Below, one piece after another: positions 47,415 to 56,133 of a stretch of DNA of 64,000 nt. Location of the stretch: positions 35,071 to 99,070 of the forward strand of contig JAZQAZ010000002.1 of assembly GCA_045545475.1 (NCBI GenBank). The letters are read 5' to 3'. This DNA comes from Clostridia bacterium. Its GTDB lineage: Bacteria; Bacillota; Clostridia; CAKSNL01; HGM11501. The translations under genes were made by a program, and so were the position numbers. Numbering within the stretch: the stretch's first letter is position 1; each line of letters starts with the position of its first letter. Below the pieces are notes generated by a model, which saw only the letters and a list, made by a program, of their open reading frames with translations, had not been told where the DNA came from and did not search any database.

Positions 47415-48033
47415 AAACCTTGTCGGAGTATTGCTGGAAAAAGAAGAAGTTCCAGGTGTTTCTGAGCAGGTAATGAATGTGTGTATAGACAGTTTTATGA
47501 AAAGGCCTTCCACAAAACGCTTTGCCCTTAATGTGATTTCGAATTTTGTCAATAATATTGTCTATATGAAAAAGAAACCCGGCAATCCTTTGCCTTACAC
47601 CGCCGCATTACTGTTTTTGTCCGGAGGCAAGGCAAACTGCAATGTTTCGGGAAAGGGCAATGTTTTGTATTTTTCTGAAGACGAAACGAAAATTTTCAAC
47701 AATGCAAATATTCAGGATCTTGGTGTTAAAACCAGCTACGTCCTTGAAGTAAACAATGAGTTTAAATTACAAAAGGGGACTAATTCATTTCTCCTGTGTA
47801 CCGACGAATTACTTGAGCAAATTGAACCTGATGAAATTAAAAGGTTGCTTCAGGAATCAGAGTCTCCGAATGAGTGGATGGACAAAATAATCGGCTCGTG
47901 CGAAAATAAAGATGTATCGGCAATGGCTTTGATATTGGGTAAAACTAAAAGAGGCGGAAAATTGCTTAAATTTATTCCATTCATTATAGCAATACTGATT
48001 GCACTTGGCCTTTTGATATGGAGGCTGCTATGA
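47335..48033 (+). CDS. PP2C-like protein with degenerate catalytic motifs and a C-terminal TM anchor (putative pseudophosphatase)
   Basis: FLLCTDELLEQIEPDEI resembles the PP2C LLCSDGL motif. The tail KLLKFIPFIIAILIALGLLIWRLL is a TM helix. RBS gggagg lies 11 nt before the ATG at 47335. The gene overlaps the upstream gene by 80 nt, so the start is uncertain. Confidence 0.4.
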   Translation: MEEKILAVYGENDSSEPKRMQCRTRGENLVGVLLEKEEVPGVSEQVMNVCIDSFMKRPSTKRFALNVISNFVNNIVYMKKKPGNPLPYTAALLFLSGGKANCNVSGKGNVLYFSEDETKIFNNANIQDLGVKTSYVLEVNNEFKLQKGTNSFLLCTDELLEQIEPDEIKRLLQESESPNEWMDKIIGSCENKDVSAMALILGKTKRGGKLLKFIPFIIAILIALGLLIWRLL

Positions 48034-49427
48034 GTAAAAAAAGTATAGTTTTAAAGTGTCTTGGTCTTTTGATAGCCGCATTATCCATTGCACTGTCATA
48101 TGTAATTACCATTGAAGGATTTGATGCACGGGCAATACACACCGTTGGCGTACTTATTGCCACGCTGGCACTTTTAATCTTTGAATCTTTTAACGTATGT
48201 ATTACGTGTCTTTTATCTGCGGCACTTTTGTACATTAACGGATGCGTAGGAAATATAACGGAGGCGTTTTCCGGTTATACAAACCATATTCTTTATTTTA
48301 CAATCGCATCCTTCGGTATTTCCACGGCACTGCAGAAAACAGGATATATGCAGAAAGTAATATATTCTCTGATAAAAAGGAAAGAGTGCAGCATCAAGGG
48401 CATAATAGCAATTTTCATGATATGCTGTGCCATAATATCTGCGTTTATTTCAAATGTGGTTGCGGCGGTTGTGCTCTTACCCAGTGCTTTGGAAGTGCTT
48501 AAGCTTTATGATGCGGAAGAGGATATGAAAAAGACAAAGCGATGTCTTCTTATATGCATGACGTTATCTGCCATGATAGGGGGACTTATAACCCCGGCAG
48601 GCTCAAGTATAAATCTTATTTGTATAGATATGCTTGAAAGATACGGCAATTTGTCTGTAAGATTCATCGACTGGTGCATCATAGGAACTCCCTTGGTTGC
48701 AGTTATGCTTCTGGTTGTGTTCTTTATAACAACGAAAATATACAAGCCTGTGGAATTAAATAAAGAGAAAACGGCAAATTTCACGTTTGATGTTAAAGAT
48801 GATAGCGAGGTAAGCGAGGGTAAAAAAATATTTACGGTAACGATTATACTACTTACTATTCTCGCATGGTTTTTAAGCTCGTGGATTACACAGATAAATA
48901 TAACTGTTGTATCCCTGATTTGCCTTACGTTGTTTTTCATGCCGAAATTCGGAATTCTTTCATGGGAAGAGTTCTCCGAAGGAATTTGCTGGCCCACATT
49001 CTTTATTGCCGGTGCAATGATTACTTTGGCATCTTTGGTAAATGAAACGGGAATGACGAGTTATCTCGTAAGCAAGGTATTCCCGAGTGAGATACCTAAT
49101 CAGTATTTTGCTACATTTTTAGTTGCGGCAGTAACATTTGCTTTTATGGTTTTTGTTCCTGTGGCACCTGCGGCGGCAACGGTGCTTGTCCCGCTGATGA
49201 TATCGTTTGCACAGCAAATGGGTTGCAATCCCGTTATGCTGGCGATGACAGCAAGTTTCTGTGTTTGTAACTGTTATCTGTTTCCGATTGATACGGTTAT
49301 GGTTGTTGCCTATGAACAGAAGGCGTTTACAATGTTTGAACTGCCACGTGCAACTGTGTGGATACAGTTGGCGATGATTGCTATTGCCGGCAGCTGGATG
49401 CCGTTTATTTTCAATATACTATATTAA
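48030..49427 (+). CDS. Anion transporter of the DASS/SLC13 (ArsB/NhaD permease superfamily) type
   Basis: About 465 aa and polytopic, with an internal two-fold repeat architecture and hairpin-like segments GGLITPAGSSINL and PVAPAAATVLVPL. It has an ATGA overlap with the upstream gene. RBS: ggagg. Confidence 0.6.
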   Translation: MSKKSIVLKCLGLLIAALSIALSYVITIEGFDARAIHTVGVLIATLALLIFESFNVCITCLLSAALLYINGCVGNITEAFSGYTNHILYFTIASFGISTALQKTGYMQKVIYSLIKRKECSIKGIIAIFMICCAIISAFISNVVAAVVLLPSALEVLKLYDAEEDMKKTKRCLLICMTLSAMIGGLITPAGSSINLICIDMLERYGNLSVRFIDWCIIGTPLVAVMLLVVFFITTKIYKPVELNKEKTANFTFDVKDDSEVSEGKKIFTVTIILLTILAWFLSSWITQINITVVSLICLTLFFMPKFGILSWEEFSEGICWPTFFIAGAMITLASLVNETGMTSYLVSKVFPSEIPNQYFATFLVAAVTFAFMVFVPVAPAAATVLVPLMISFAQQMGCNPVMLAMTASFCVCNCYLFPIDTVMVVAYEQKAFTMFELPRATVWIQLAMIAIAGSWMPFIFNILY

Positions 49428-49439
49428 GGAGGCTGACAG

Positions 49440-50546
49440 ATGAATTCTATCAAAGGTAAAATTGCTTATGCACTTGTGCTGTCTCTTGCTTGCGGATTGT
49501 TTGGTTATTTCGGAGCAACGCTTGCAACAAGAAATGCAAAAGTGACCACTGTAGCAGCATCGGATGAGGCTGTTATGAAGGCGGAAGGAAGATTTGTTAC
49601 ATATACAGATAGTCTGGATAACAAAATTTCTGATATTGTTCCCGGAATTGCAAACAGTGTTGTTGAAATATCAACCGAGAGTGTTTCCACGGGAATTACA
49701 ATGAGGCAGTACATATCCGAAGGAGCCGGAAGCGGCGTAATCGTTACGGTGGACGGATATATCGTAACAAATAACCATGTTATAGAGGAAGCTAATAAGA
49801 TAACCGTGAGATTACGTAACGGAGCGTCTTATGAAGCAAAGCTTATCGGCACTGATCCTCAGACGGATATTGCTGTCATCAAGATAGAGGAAAACAATCT
49901 TGAGGCGGCAAAAATGGGAGATTCGGACACTCTGAAGGTGGGAGAGCTGGCGATTGCCATAGGCAATCCTTTAGGTCAGCTTGGAGGAACTGTTACTGAC
50001 GGTATAATAAGTGCTTTGGACAGAGAGATTACCATCGATAATGAGACGATGACTCTTCTGCAAACAAGTGCTTCCATAAATCCCGGTAATTCCGGAGGCG
50101 GATTGTTCAATGCAAAAGGCGAACTTATCGGTATAGTAAATGCAAAATCATCGGGAAGCGATATTGAAGGTCTTGGTTTCGCTATCCCCATTAATATTGC
50201 AAAGAAAATAGTTGACGATATTATGGCCTATGGCTATGTAAAGGGACGTGTTGATGACGGCTTGACTCTGGTGGAAATTAATGACTACGGAACAGCCAGA
50301 ATGTACAGAGTGCAGACACTTGGCGTTTATATTTCGGAAGTAACTTCTGAAAGTGCAAAGAGTGCAGGCTTTACATCCGGAGATATTATTATATCGGTTA
50401 ACGGAGTGAAAATAAGTTCTTCTTATGATTACGAAACCATCATCAGAAGCAAAAATATTGGGGATACTGTTTCTGTTGAAATACAAAGGCAAGGACAAAA
50501 CAGCACTATAAATCTGGTTCTTACAGAAGAAAACAATACACAATAA
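49440..50546 (+). CDS. htrA: HtrA/DegP-family serine protease (trypsin-like domain plus PDZ), membrane-anchored
   Basis: N-terminal TM helix. Catalytic triad context: TNNHVI, TDIAVIKI and GNSGGGLFN. The PDZ-like tail contains SGDIIISVNG. Confidence 0.85.
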   Translation: MNSIKGKIAYALVLSLACGLFGYFGATLATRNAKVTTVAASDEAVMKAEGRFVTYTDSLDNKISDIVPGIANSVVEISTESVSTGITMRQYISEGAGSGVIVTVDGYIVTNNHVIEEANKITVRLRNGASYEAKLIGTDPQTDIAVIKIEENNLEAAKMGDSDTLKVGELAIAIGNPLGQLGGTVTDGIISALDREITIDNETMTLLQTSASINPGNSGGGLFNAKGELIGIVNAKSSGSDIEGLGFAIPINIAKKIVDDIMAYGYVKGRVDDGLTLVEINDYGTARMYRVQTLGVYISEVTSESAKSAGFTSGDIIISVNGVKISSSYDYETIIRSKNIGDTVSVEIQRQGQNSTINLVLTEENNTQ

Positions 50547-50553
50547 GGGAGAT

Positions 50554-51999
50554 ATGAAAATGGATTTGAAAGAAAAGCAGCAGCTGATACAGCATGCCGA
50601 AGAAGTGTATCAGCAAATTGAAAAATTACAAAAACTCGGATTGATATGTGACGACGGAGATTTTGTACCTTCAGTGCATTATCCTCCCATTACTCAGTAT
50701 CCTGATGCTTCTGTGGAAGAATATCTTGGGGATTACACCTTACCGGAAGACGGTTTGATGGACATTTATGTACATATACCTTTCTGCATTCAGCATTGCA
50801 TATTCTGTCATTATCCCGGACTTGCAGGAGAATGCAAAGAGGAAAAAGAAAAGTACATATCTTATCTTATAAGAGAAATTGATATTTATCTTAAGCGATT
50901 TAATATCGAAAAGATTTCGCCACGTTCAATATTGCTTGGTGGCGGAACACCCACATATCTTACTCCTGAATTATTGGATCATTTCCTTACAGAGTTTGAT
51001 AAGCGTGTTGATTATTCTCATTGTAAGCAGTACAATGTGGACCTTGACCCCAACTCTATCTTGGGAGAAGACGGAACAAAAAGATGCGAAATCATGAAAA
51101 AGCACGGAATAACCCGCTTGACCATCGGAGTTCAGTCTCTTGATGACAAGGTACTTAAATATATGAATCGTGCACATTCTGCAGCAATGGCTGAAGAAGC
51201 TATTAAAAAAGCCGTTAGCTACGGATTTGATGTTAATATTGAGTTCATATACGGTTTCCCCGGCGAGACGATAGACAACTGGATCGAAGTTATGGAAAAG
51301 GCAGTTACAATGCCTGTTAACGAGATACAGATATACAGATTGAAAGTGCAGTCTTATGGTGACAAGCAGGGTATAATCAACAGATATGAAAGAGGCGAAG
51401 CAGAAGGTGATATTCCCGATTTCAAGACAACAATGATTATGAAGCAGATTGCGATTGATATTCTTGCTAAACACGGTTATAACGAGACGATAAGACGTGT
51501 ATACTCTAAAGACAAGAGGATTTTCTCACACTATGCATATAATCAGTGCTGTAATCAGTATGACCAGGTAGGTTTTGGTCTTACAGGTTTCTCAAGCTAC
51601 CGCGATAGATTTGACATCAATACACAGAACTTTGACGAATATTATGCGAGAATTGACAAAGGCGAGCTTCCCATCACCCGTGGATACAAGAGACCTCACG
51701 ATGAGCAGATTCGTTGGGCGATAGTTCTTCCTTTGAAAAATACGGAAGTAATAAAGAAGAGATTTTTCACAAAGACCGGTGTTGAATTTGACAAGGTATT
51801 CAGAAAGAAGATAGAAACCCTTAAGGAATATGGCCTTGTAAGAGAAGATGAAAGACTCTTTGAGCTTACAGAGCTTGGCGGTTTTGTTGCCGATGAAATA
51901 TGCGAATGCTTTAATTCTGATGAATACAAGCCGTTCCCAAGAGAGAGATATGCAGAAGGACCGTTAAATCCCTATAACGACAACAAAATATTTGAATGA
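50554..51999 (+). CDS. Radical SAM protein of the HemN/HemZ (oxygen-independent coproporphyrinogen dehydrogenase-like) family
   Basis: HIPFCIQHCIFCHY (CxxxCxxC) and GGGTPT, followed by a HemN_C-like tail. About 480 aa. Confidence 0.75.
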   Translation: MKMDLKEKQQLIQHAEEVYQQIEKLQKLGLICDDGDFVPSVHYPPITQYPDASVEEYLGDYTLPEDGLMDIYVHIPFCIQHCIFCHYPGLAGECKEEKEKYISYLIREIDIYLKRFNIEKISPRSILLGGGTPTYLTPELLDHFLTEFDKRVDYSHCKQYNVDLDPNSILGEDGTKRCEIMKKHGITRLTIGVQSLDDKVLKYMNRAHSAAMAEEAIKKAVSYGFDVNIEFIYGFPGETIDNWIEVMEKAVTMPVNEIQIYRLKVQSYGDKQGIINRYERGEAEGDIPDFKTTMIMKQIAIDILAKHGYNETIRRVYSKDKRIFSHYAYNQCCNQYDQVGFGLTGFSSYRDRFDINTQNFDEYYARIDKGELPITRGYKRPHDEQIRWAIVLPLKNTEVIKKRFFTKTGVEFDKVFRKKIETLKEYGLVREDERLFELTELGGFVADEICECFNSDEYKPFPRERYAEGPLNPYNDNKIFE

Positions 52000-52034
52000 T
52001 TTTTTATTAACATATTAGTGAAAGGACAGTGTTT

Positions 52035-52325
52035 ATGAAGAAAAAAATCAAGATTACCATACTGGTGATATGCGTAATAGCACTTGCTGTACTCATTTTC
52101 GGCTTTATGGGGAAATTAAAGGATAGGCCTCCGAGAAAAGGACCTATTCCGCCAAACGGAGAAATCCAGCAAAGCGGAGAAGTTCCGCCAAACGAAGAGA
52201 CTCAGCTGAACGAAGAGGCTCAGCCAAACGAAGAGGCTCAACAAAACGAAGAAAATCAACAAAACGAAGAAACTGTTTCTGAAATGCCGGATGCATCCCA
52301 GGACACTAATGAAGAGGTGGAGTAA
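52035..52325 (+). CDS. Small membrane-anchored protein with an acidic tandem-repeat tail
   Basis: N-terminal TM helix KITILVICVIALAVLIFGFMG, followed by PNEETQ LNEEAQ PNEEAQ QNEENQ QNEET repeats. The ATG at 52035 lies 8 nt after RBS aaagga. The gene abuts the FtsX gene start. Confidence 0.5.
   Translation: MKKKIKITILVICVIALAVLIFGFMGKLKDRPPRKGPIPPNGEIQQSGEVPPNEETQLNEEAQPNEEAQQNEENQQNEETVSEMPDASQDTNEEVE
52188..52274 (+). repeat. In-frame 18-nt tandem repeat (about 4.8 copies) inside the 52035 CDS
   Basis: ccaaacgaagagactcag / ctgaacgaagaggctcag / ccaaacgaagaggctcaa / caaaacgaagaaaatcaa / caaaacgaagaaact. Confidence 0.85.
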
Positions 52326-53933
52326 ATGTATATAATCAAAAATGCATTGAGAAATATTTTCAGATCTGTCGGAAGAAACGTTCTTATCGGTATAATAGTA
52401 TTGGTAATTGCGTGCTCAGCTTGCGTTGCTCTTTCAATCAGAGAATCTGCAAATAAGGCAAGAGAAGAAAATATGGACTTACTTGATATAACTGCTCATA
52501 TTAATGTTGACAGACAGTATATCATGAATGAAATTAACAGCAGCAGAATTGACATGTCTAATCAGGAAGAAATGAAGGAAGCTCTTTCCGGTATATCCGA
52601 GCTGAGCCTTGATGAACTTCTTGGTTATGCAGAGTCAGAACATGTAAAAAGCTTTTACTATTCGGCTACGGTTACATTAAACGGTGAAAATGAGCTTTTG
52701 CCCATCGATACAACAGGTGTATCCAACAGCAGCGACACTACTGATTCAACATCTATGCCTGGTCCCGGTGGTGGCCCCTTCGGAGGATCACCCGGACAGC
52801 CGATGACAATGATGGGAACACAGGGTGACTTCGGCGTTATAGGATACAGTTCCGACGAAGCTATGGAAGATTTTATAGAAGGAACAAGCAGCATAACTGA
52901 AGGAACAATGTTTGAAGAGGCTACTTCAGAATACGATTGCGTTGTTTCTGATGAACTTGCAACATATAACTCCCTTAACGTTGGTGATGTGATTTCTCTT
53001 TCTAACCCCAATAATTCGGAAGAAATTATAGAGCTGAATGTGGTAGGTATTTATGACAATACCGACAATTCAGAAAGCTCAACAGGATTTTCAACATCAA
53101 CAGATCCTGCCAATAAAATATTAATGAGCTACACGGCACTTAGTGAAATCATTGATGATTCTGCTGAGAATGCAACAACAAGCGGTGACGATGAATACTC
53201 AAACGAAATAAGAAGTACACTTTCAGGAACATATGTATTTGCTGACATAGAATCTTATGATGCATTTGATGCAGAATTAAAGACTATGGGCCTGGGAGAT
53301 AAATATGTTCTCACATCAAACGACGTTGCTTCTTACGAAGCAAGCTTGCTTCCCCTTGACAACCTTAAGGATTTTGCGACAACATTCCTTTGGGTAATAC
53401 TTATTATCGGTGCGATAATTCTTGTTGTAATTAATATATTCAACATCAGAGAGCGTAAATACGAAGTAGGTGTTATGACAGCTATCGGAATGAAAAAATC
53501 AAAAGTTGCACTTCAGTTTGTAATAGAAATATTTGTTGTTACTCTTATAGCAATATTCTTAGGTACTGCAATTGGAGCAGCTACTTCAGTACCGGTAACA
53601 AATTCATTGCTTGCGTCACAGATTGAACAGCAGACTTCCAACGAACAGCAGACGGAGGCAAATTTCGGAAGACCGGCAATGCCCAGTCCCGGAGGACAGG
53701 GAGGACCAGGCCAAGGCGGTCCTTCACAGGGCGGCAGCTCAGGTAAAATGCTCAAGGGCGGAGATGTAGAAGGCCCCGTGGACTACATTGACAGCGTTTC
53801 ATACTCTGTAGATATCAATCTTGTATATCAGATGATGCTTATAGGAATATTGTTAACAATAGTATCCAGCAGCATTGCAATATTGTTTATCATGAGATAT
53901 GAACCTTTGAAGATATTAACTAACAGAGACTAG
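52326..53933 (+). CDS. FtsX-family ABC transporter permease (MacB-type, large extracytoplasmic domain)
   Basis: N-terminus IIKNALRNIFRSVGRNVLIGI. C-terminal four-TM FtsX module (RERKYEVGVMTAIGMKKSKV). Gly/Pro-rich inserts PGPGGGPFGGSPGQP and PSPGGQGGPGQGGPSQGGSSG. Confidence 0.75.
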   Translation: MYIIKNALRNIFRSVGRNVLIGIIVLVIACSACVALSIRESANKAREENMDLLDITAHINVDRQYIMNEINSSRIDMSNQEEMKEALSGISELSLDELLGYAESEHVKSFYYSATVTLNGENELLPIDTTGVSNSSDTTDSTSMPGPGGGPFGGSPGQPMTMMGTQGDFGVIGYSSDEAMEDFIEGTSSITEGTMFEEATSEYDCVVSDELATYNSLNVGDVISLSNPNNSEEIIELNVVGIYDNTDNSESSTGFSTSTDPANKILMSYTALSEIIDDSAENATTSGDDEYSNEIRSTLSGTYVFADIESYDAFDAELKTMGLGDKYVLTSNDVASYEASLLPLDNLKDFATTFLWVILIIGAIILVVINIFNIRERKYEVGVMTAIGMKKSKVALQFVIEIFVVTLIAIFLGTAIGAATSVPVTNSLLASQIEQQTSNEQQTEANFGRPAMPSPGGQGGPGQGGPSQGGSSGKMLKGGDVEGPVDYIDSVSYSVDINLVYQMMLIGILLTIVSSSIAILFIMRYEPLKILTNRD

Positions 53934-53942
53934 GAGGGCCAT

Positions 53943-54587
53943 ATGAGTATATTAGAACTGGAAAAGATTTCTTTTTCCTATGACGGAAAAAATTATGTCT
54001 TAAAAGATTATTCCTGCACTTTTGAGCGCGGAAAGATTTATGCAATTATAGGTAAATCCGGAGCTGGTAAAACCACACTGTTGTCTTTACTTGCAGGACT
54101 GGATAAAGTAAAGGAAGGAAAAATTCTTTACGATGGCAAAGAGGTTTCGAATATAGACCGCTATTCTTACAGAAACAGTAATGTAGGTGTTGTATTTCAG
54201 AGCTACAATTTGTTACCTAAACTTACGGCAAAAGAAAATGTAGAGTTATCCATGGAAATATCTAAAAAGAAAATCAAGAACAAGCGTAAACGTGCAACTG
54301 AGCTTTTGAACAAAGTGGGTCTTCTGGATGATGAAATAGACAGACGCGTACTTAAGCTTTCGGGCGGTCAGCAGCAGCGTGTTGCTATAGCCAGAGCACT
54401 GTCTTTTGAGCCTGATATAATTTTAGCGGATGAACCTACAGGAAACCTTGACCCCGAAACACAGAATGAAATATTAAAGATTTTCAGAAAAATAGCACAG
54501 GAAGACAATAAGTGCGTAATTGTTGTAACACATTCTGATTCTGTTGCAAGTCAGGCAGATGTTGTATACGAACTTAAAAAAAGATAG
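53943..54587 (+). CDS. ABC transporter ATP-binding protein (MacB/LolD-type)
   Basis: Walker A GKSGAGKTT, signature LSGGQQQRVAIARAL, Walker B IILADEPTGNLD, H-loop VVTHS. Confidence 0.9.
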   Translation: MSILELEKISFSYDGKNYVLKDYSCTFERGKIYAIIGKSGAGKTTLLSLLAGLDKVKEGKILYDGKEVSNIDRYSYRNSNVGVVFQSYNLLPKLTAKENVELSMEISKKKIKNKRKRATELLNKVGLLDDEIDRRVLKLSGGQQQRVAIARALSFEPDIILADEPTGNLDPETQNEILKIFRKIAQEDNKCVIVVTHSDSVASQADVVYELKKR

Positions 54588-54600
54588 GGGGCAATAAAAC

Positions 54601-55371
54601 ATGAAAAAAATAATAGGAATATTTCTTACAATTGCGGTTTTGACATGTTTGCTTGGTACAATGAGTTTTGCTAATGACAACATAATAGTTAAGCTTGATG
54701 ACAAAGAATTGGTATTCGACCAGAATCCTGTTATTGTAAACGGCAGAACTATGGTACCTTTAAGAGTAATCTTTGAGAGCCTTGGTGCAACCATTGAGTG
54801 GGACGGAGCTACACAGACTGTTACAGCAACAAAGGGAGATATTAAAGTAATTGTTCAGGTTAATAATAACATAATGTTAAAAAACCAGGAACAGATCACA
54901 TTGGATGTTGCTCCTCAGATTATTGGTTCAAGAACTTTGGTTCCTGCGAGAGCAATTTCGGAAAGCTTTAATTGTAATGTTGCATGGGATGGGGATATAA
55001 GCCTTGTTAAGATTACAACAGAGAGCTACGCTGCTGCTGATACTGCAGCAATAAATGTATATGCAGCAGACGGAAGAGTAAAGGTTATAAAAGCATCCGA
55101 TGCTGAAATTTATGCAAGATACGGCTGGAACGAGAAGACCTTTACCATGTATGCAGCAGACGGAAGAACAATAGAAGTAAAGGAATCCGAAGTTGAGGCA
55201 TATGGACAGGTTGGATGGTTCATGTCAGAGGAAGAAGCTGCCAACGGCGGACAGGGTCCCGGTCCTGATGGACAGGAGCCACAGGAACCGGAAGAGCCAG
55301 AGCCTCCGGCAGAGGGAAGCGGACCTATGGGAGAAAAGCCTGAAAAACCCTCAAGACCTCCTCGCCCATAA
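54601..55371 (+). CDS. Secreted stalk-domain (copper amine oxidase N-terminal-like) protein with a duplicated YAADGR..GW motif and a Pro/Glu-rich tail
   Basis: Signal peptide. Stalk motifs RTMVPLRVIFESLGATIEWDG and RTLVPARAISESFNCNVAWDG. Two copies of YAADGR-x6-S-x-x-E-x-Y-x3-GW. Tail: GPGPDGQEPQEPEEPEPPAEG..KPEKPSRPPRP. Confidence 0.7.
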   Translation: MKKIIGIFLTIAVLTCLLGTMSFANDNIIVKLDDKELVFDQNPVIVNGRTMVPLRVIFESLGATIEWDGATQTVTATKGDIKVIVQVNNNIMLKNQEQITLDVAPQIIGSRTLVPARAISESFNCNVAWDGDISLVKITTESYAAADTAAINVYAADGRVKVIKASDAEIYARYGWNEKTFTMYAADGRTIEVKESEVEAYGQVGWFMSEEEAANGGQGPGPDGQEPQEPEEPEPPAEGSGPMGEKPEKPSRPPRP

Positions 55372-55376
55372 AAATG

Positions 55377-55411
55377 AAAAGTTCTGCAAACTTGGTTTGC
55401 AGAACTTTTTT
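55377..55411 (+). terminator. Rho-independent terminator ending the long plus-strand gene string
   Basis: gttctgcaaac-ttg-gtttgcagaac followed by a T6 run. Confidence 0.85.
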
Positions 55412-55431
55412 CTCGGGATAAAGCCGATTGG

Positions 55432-56133
55432 CGGTTGTTTATCAATATGCAAATAAAAAAGCCGTATACCTTTGGTATACGACCTTTTTATTTGGTGCCG
55501 GTGGCGGGACGCATATTGCTTCGCAATTTGCCTGGCTCATCGACCCAATTGCAGAGTAATTCGGTACCCGATTTCGCCGCTTTTTGCTAAAAACGATAAT
55601 CAATCGTTTTTTTACGCAAAAACCCTCTTAGTGTTCAAGTCCCTTTCATCAATATACAAATAAAAAGAGCAATATACCTTGCGGTACACTGCTCTTTTTA
55701 TTTGGTGCCGGTGGCGGGACGCATACGTTGATCTGCCCTGCTTGCCCACCGAAATGCCTTGCATTTCAGTACCGGACTTCGTACCGCTCGCCTAAAAACA
55801 ATAATCAATTGTTTTATAAACGGCTCGCGCCCTCTTAGTGTTCAAGTCCCTTTTATCAATATACAAATAAAAAAAGCCGTATACCTTTGGTATACGACCT
55901 TTTTATTTGGTGATGAGTGGCGGGACGCATATTGCTTCGCAATCTGCCTGGCTCATCGACCCAATTGCAGAGCAATTCGGTACCCGATTTCGCCGCTTTT
56001 TGCTAAAAACGATAATTAATCGTTTTTTTACGCAAAAACCCTCTTAGGGTTCAAGTCCCTTTTATCAATATGCAAATAAAAAAGCCGTATACCTTTGGTA
56101 TACGACCTTTTTATTTGGTGCCGGTGGCGGGAC
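55432..56133. repeat. Tandem array of three ~207-bp units. Each unit holds a copy of the last 18 nt of tRNA-Leu, a structured ~140-nt module and a copy of the tRNA terminator.
   Basis: tggtgccggtggcgggac occurs at 55493-55510 and 55703-55720, at 55908-55926 as a variant, and at 56116-56133 in the real tRNA 3' end. The shared flank is atcaatat[g/a]caaataaaaa plus a hairpin plus tttttattt. Modules 1 and 3 are near-identical and module 2 is diverged. Confidence 0.9.

Noticed and set aside
41878-48033. Impression that the ABC-methyltransferase segment is more AT-rich than its neighbours, which would suggest a horizontally acquired island.
   Set aside because: Spot counts of individual 60-nt lines ranged from about 27% to 42% GC and overlapped values elsewhere. 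Without a proper sliding-window GC or codon-usage calculation the difference is not demonstrable, and no flanking direct repeats or mobility genes are present.
50554-51999. Radical SAM gene considered as a RiPP/peptide maturase next to the ABC exporters and the protease.
   Set aside because: The protein has a HemN/HemZ architecture (CxxxCxxC plus GGGTPT plus a HemN_C-like tail). It has no SPASM/twitch Cys cluster, and I found no short precursor-like ORF with an RBS nearby.
55432-56133. Possibility that the tRNA-linked array is a CRISPR array.
   Set aside because: The repeat unit is about 70 nt and includes a tRNA 3' end and a terminator. The spacers are about 140 nt, and two of the three are near-identical. 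No cas genes are in the window. The geometry is wrong for CRISPR.
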